A stretch of 28,859 nt of DNA from a virus. Taxonomy: Duplodnaviria; Caudoviricetes. The notes beneath the pieces are model-generated. The model saw only the letters and a list, made by a program, of their open reading frames with translations. It ran no database searches and was not told the DNA's origin. The translations under genes and the position numbers were made by a program. The first letter of the stretch is position 1. Every line of letters starts with the position of its first letter. The stretch covers positions 1 to 28,859 of the IMG/VR virus record IMGVR_UViG_3300028293_000022; one strand, 5' to 3'. Below are positions 26,012-28,859 of this stretch, piece after piece.

Positions 26012-27327
26012 TGTATATAAAAGTGCCCTATGGAATGATCCCCCGGCATTACCAAGTTGAATTTTTACAAGCAGTAAGACAGGGCAAGAACGTTTGCTCT
26101 GTGATACATAGAAGGGCTGGAAAAGACGTAATCTCTGTTCAAGCCTGGTTGCTTCGGGCTTTGACACGCGTTGGTACACACGTTTACCTTTTCCCTCTCA
26201 TTCAACAAGCACGTGCTGTAATCTGGAAAGGCATGGATTTTGATGGCCGTCCTTTCCTTGCGGCCATTCCTGATGCTCTCGTATCCAAAAAGAACGAAGC
26301 CAGAATGGAAATTGAATTGATAAACGGTTCAAGGATGGTGCTGGGTGGTAGTAATAATTATGATGGACTTATGGGCACCAATCCCGTTACCATCATTTAC
26401 TCTGAATTTTCTTTACACAATCCTCTTGCACGTTCATATCTTAACCCCATTCTTGTTCAAAATCGTGGCATTGAAATTTTCCAGTTTACCCCTCGTGGCA
26501 AAAATCATGGGTGGGAAGTTTTGGACACGATTCGTGATAACCCGCATTATTTCGTTCAGCATTTAACAGTAGAGCAAACATTCCTCGATGAGGCCCGTAC
26601 TCAGCGCGTAATTCCAGCGGTCTATATTGAACAGGCACGTGCCATGGGAATGTCTGAAGAACATATCAGGCAGGAGTTTTATTGTGATTTTGATGTCGGA
26701 AACATCGGCGCATACTTCACTCGTGAAATGTCTGATATGGAACAGGAAGGGCGTATTACTTTCCTGAAACCAAATCCACGCCTTCCACTACACACGGTCT
26801 GGGATTTGGGCGGAACTGATGCGACTGCTTGCTGGCTTTTCCAGCTTGAAGGGAAATATATAAATTTGCTCCATTTGGTGCATGATTCAGGCTATGGTCT
26901 TAAATGGTATCTTGATAAGGTAGAACAAATTCGCCAATCTTTTGGCTGTAAATGGGGACAACACTTCATGCCGCACGACGTAAAACAAGCCCACCAAGGC
27001 TGGGAGCAAGCAGAATCAAGGCTTATGATTGCTCGTCAACATGGCTGGTTTTTTCAAGTAACTCCAAAAGTAAACTTTGAAGATGGTCTGGAAGCGATGA
27101 GATATATTTTTCCAAAGATTCGTATAGACAAAGGTAATTGCCAGATAGGAATTCGGGCAATTCGAGAATATCAACGTCAGTGGGATGAGCAGCGGGCATG
27201 CTATCTGAAGAAGCCTCTGGATAATTGGGCAACTCATATCGTGGACACAATCCGATATCTCGCTGTTAATTTTCGCAGACTTTATGATACCCCGCAAAAT
27301 ATCATAACGTATACAACCACGGTATAG
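26011..27327 (+). CDS. terL: terminase large subunit
   Basis: PRHYQ adenine motif, HRRAGKD Walker A, IIYSE Walker B variant, TPRGKNH, QEFYCDF, nuclease WDLG...D, PHD, H.VD..RY. Confidence 0.93.
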   Translation: MYIKVPYGMIPRHYQVEFLQAVRQGKNVCSVIHRRAGKDVISVQAWLLRALTRVGTHVYLFPLIQQARAVIWKGMDFDGRPFLAAIPDALVSKKNEARMEIELINGSRMVLGGSNNYDGLMGTNPVTIIYSEFSLHNPLARSYLNPILVQNRGIEIFQFTPRGKNHGWEVLDTIRDNPHYFVQHLTVEQTFLDEARTQRVIPAVYIEQARAMGMSEEHIRQEFYCDFDVGNIGAYFTREMSDMEQEGRITFLKPNPRLPLHTVWDLGGTDATACWLFQLEGKYINLLHLVHDSGYGLKWYLDKVEQIRQSFGCKWGQHFMPHDVKQAHQGWEQAESRLMIARQHGWFFQVTPKVNFEDGLEAMRYIFPKIRIDKGNCQIGIRAIREYQRQWDEQRACYLKKPLDNWATHIVDTIRYLAVNFRRLYDTPQNIITYTTTV

Positions 27328-27352
27328 TGTGCTATAATATTTTTGTGCTATA
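27328..27352 (+). promoter_or_regulatory. extended -10 promoter with a TGTGCTATA direct repeat
   Basis: TGTGcTATAAT at 27328-27338; TGTGCTATA repeated at 27344-27352. Confidence 0.55.
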
Positions 27353-27391
27353 TGATTTATAATTTATCAATAGCGCCTTTAGGAGTTCAAT

Positions 27392-27718
27392 ATGAGCCGA
27401 TTTATATTGAAAGAAGATATAGAATGTATTGAATGTAATCTTCACATTCTTGTCCAACAAGGAGAAATGATAATGACTGCTATTAGCGATTTTGCTGCAA
27501 AACAGAATGCTTTTAATGACAGAATGGATGCCGCCATTGGTGATTTGCAAGGTGATGTTCAAAATCTTAATGATCAAATCACCCAATTAAAAAATAACGG
27601 TGCCATTACCCCAGAAGATCAAGCCTCACTTGATGCGCTTCAGACTCGTGCTTCCAGTATTGCTGACAAGCTGGATGCACTCGATGCTTTAACTCCTCCG
27701 GCAGTTCCTGCTGGCTAA
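27392..27718 (+). CDS. coiled-coil protein; alternative internal start at 27473
   Basis: AGGAG before 27392 and AAGGAG before 27473; heptad repeats; Pro-rich end. Confidence 0.65.
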   Translation: MSRFILKEDIECIECNLHILVQQGEMIMTAISDFAAKQNAFNDRMDAAIGDLQGDVQNLNDQITQLKNNGAITPEDQASLDALQTRASSIADKLDALDALTPPAVPAG

Positions 27719-27722
27719 TGTT

Positions 27723-27759
27723 AAGTTTCCCCTCGATCTCCGGGGGGAACTTTTTATTT
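27723..27759 (+). terminator. intrinsic terminator
   Basis: AAGTTTCCCCTCG-ATCTC-CGGGGGGAACTT hairpin followed by a T tract. Confidence 0.75.
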
Positions 27760-27772
27760 ATGGAGGATTACG

Positions 27773-28186
27773 ATGCCTTCTTTCAGTAAGAATTCTTTAG
27801 AACATTTAGCGACTTGTCATCCTGATTTGCAAACCTTATTCAATGAAGTCATCAAATATTTTGACTGCACAGTAACGGAGGGCTTTCGGGACAAAGCCGC
27901 TCAAGATGAAGCCTATGCGACTGGGCACAGCAAAGTAAAATGGCCAAATGGGAAACACAATCATAATCCTTCCTTGGCAGCCGATGTTTATCCCTACCCA
28001 ATTGATTTTAATAATACAAAACTTGCTTTATGGTTTGGAGGCTTTGTGCAGGGTATGGCTATAATGCTAAAAGAACAAGGTAAAATCACTCATGATATCC
28101 GCTGGGGCGGTGCCTGGAATGGCTTAGGCAAATTGAATACAAGCGGGATGCTCGATGATACAGGACATTTTGAAATTCAAGCTTAA
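27773..28186 (+). CDS. endolysin, M15 family L-alanyl-D-glutamate peptidase (T5/Ply500-like)
   Basis: FSKNS...L..CHPDLQ, EGFR...Q, KH....SLAADV, IRWGG.W, D.GHFE with Zn ligands H, D, H. Confidence 0.9.
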   Translation: MPSFSKNSLEHLATCHPDLQTLFNEVIKYFDCTVTEGFRDKAAQDEAYATGHSKVKWPNGKHNHNPSLAADVYPYPIDFNNTKLALWFGGFVQGMAIMLKEQGKITHDIRWGGAWNGLGKLNTSGMLDDTGHFEIQA

Positions 28187-28195
28187 GGAAAAGTC

Positions 28196-28543
28196 ATGGA
28201 TATTGAAAAGATAATTATTGCAGCAATCAATCCGGGATTTGCTTTAATTGGAATGATGTTCGCTGGTGTCATGTCTTATTTAAGCATGAGAATCAATTCA
28301 AAAATGGATGATGCCAAAGTTGTGCAGGATGCTACGCATGATTTGGTAAATCATAATTTGGGAGTTCAATTGAAATTGGTATCCGATCTTAGTAGACGAA
28401 TTGCTGAGCTTACTAAAACTCCTTCGGATATTGCCGTTGCTACTGAAGCATTGCGTATTTATCAGGATCATGTCAGAAAACAGAATTTCCTGGATGCTCA
28501 ACACTTTTCAACTGGTACTGATATTCCGCGCTCAGAATCGTAA
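28196..28543 (+). CDS. membrane protein next to the endolysin; putative holin or spanin-like
   Basis: One N-terminal hydrophobic segment (GFALIGMMFAGVMSYL) plus a helical soluble part. Confidence 0.45.
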   Translation: MDIEKIIIAAINPGFALIGMMFAGVMSYLSMRINSKMDDAKVVQDATHDLVNHNLGVQLKLVSDLSRRIAELTKTPSDIAVATEALRIYQDHVRKQNFLDAQHFSTGTDIPRSES

Positions 28544-28752
28544 TCAGGTTTTTTTGTATTAGAACTATTTATTGCCTTTAATAAGAATGAAATCAACTCT
28601 TTTATTTCTTCGTTATCTAATCGTGCAGTTGGGTAAATTCCTGCTCTACCTAGAATAATTTTATGGTCCTCAATGATAGACCCATCTACGTACATTAAAA
28701 CTATTTCGTTCTGATATTTTTCCGGACTAAATTTAAAACCAACTGTAAGCAT
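28498..28752 (-). CDS. hypothetical protein starting at the inner edge of IR-R
   Basis: ATG at 28752 directly after the repeat's GGTGGGG tract; frame also open from GTG 28818 inside the repeat. Confidence 0.5.
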   Translation of the reverse strand: MLTVGFKFSPEKYQNEIVLMYVDGSIIEDHKIILGRAGIYPTARLDNEEIKELISFLLKAINSSNTKKPDYDSERGISVPVEKC

Positions 28753-28858
28753 TACCCCACCCCGGTGATAAGTCTGGTTATCGATATAATCAGACTTAAG
28801 GAATCCTAATCCTATCACAAAATACTTGTCCTACTTTCAACCAATCGCGCCAACGATG
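28753..28858 (-). repeat. right copy of the perfect 106-bp inverted repeat (IR-R); dyad at 28769-28798
   Basis: Exact reverse complement of 5474-5579. Confidence 0.97.
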
Positions 28859-28859
28859 C

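Noticed and set aside
5474-28858. IS or composite-transposon terminal inverted repeats
   Set aside because: No transposase in the window, the enclosed genes are core phage genes, and a target-site duplication cannot be assessed because only one base follows IR-R.
1-28859. Host assignment and lifestyle
   Set aside because: No host genes, att site, integrase or repressor in the window; RusA and sigma70-type signals only hint at a temperate phage of a proteobacterium.

Overview
The window is most of a podovirus-type tailed phage or prophage genome. No host genes, integrase, DNA polymerase or RNA polymerase are visible. Left arm (1-5250): a RecE/ExoVIII-like nuclease and a probable annealing protein on +, converging on a leftward, translationally coupled early operon of small ORFs that includes a J-domain protein and ends in a small serine recombinase (resolvase/invertase). 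A GC-rich non-coding island follows (about 5250-5470). Next is a 23 kb packaging, structure and lysis block: lysozyme-like gene (-), TerS, portal, scaffold, major capsid, decoration protein, tail tubular A/B, three ejection proteins, tail fibre, small basic proteins, RusA, TerL, M15 endolysin and a holin-like gene. The main finding is that this block is bracketed by a perfect 106-bp inverted repeat (5474-5579 and 28753-28858). Each copy carries a 26-30 bp dyad with the geometry of a serine-recombinase crossover site, an inward extended -10 and an RBS. This suggests a recombinase-driven flip of the whole virion module rather than the usual small tail-fibre cassette. A structured leader upstream of the capsid gene, with two copies of one internal-loop motif, is a second candidate novel element. 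All product calls come from motif recognition and gene order, not database searches.
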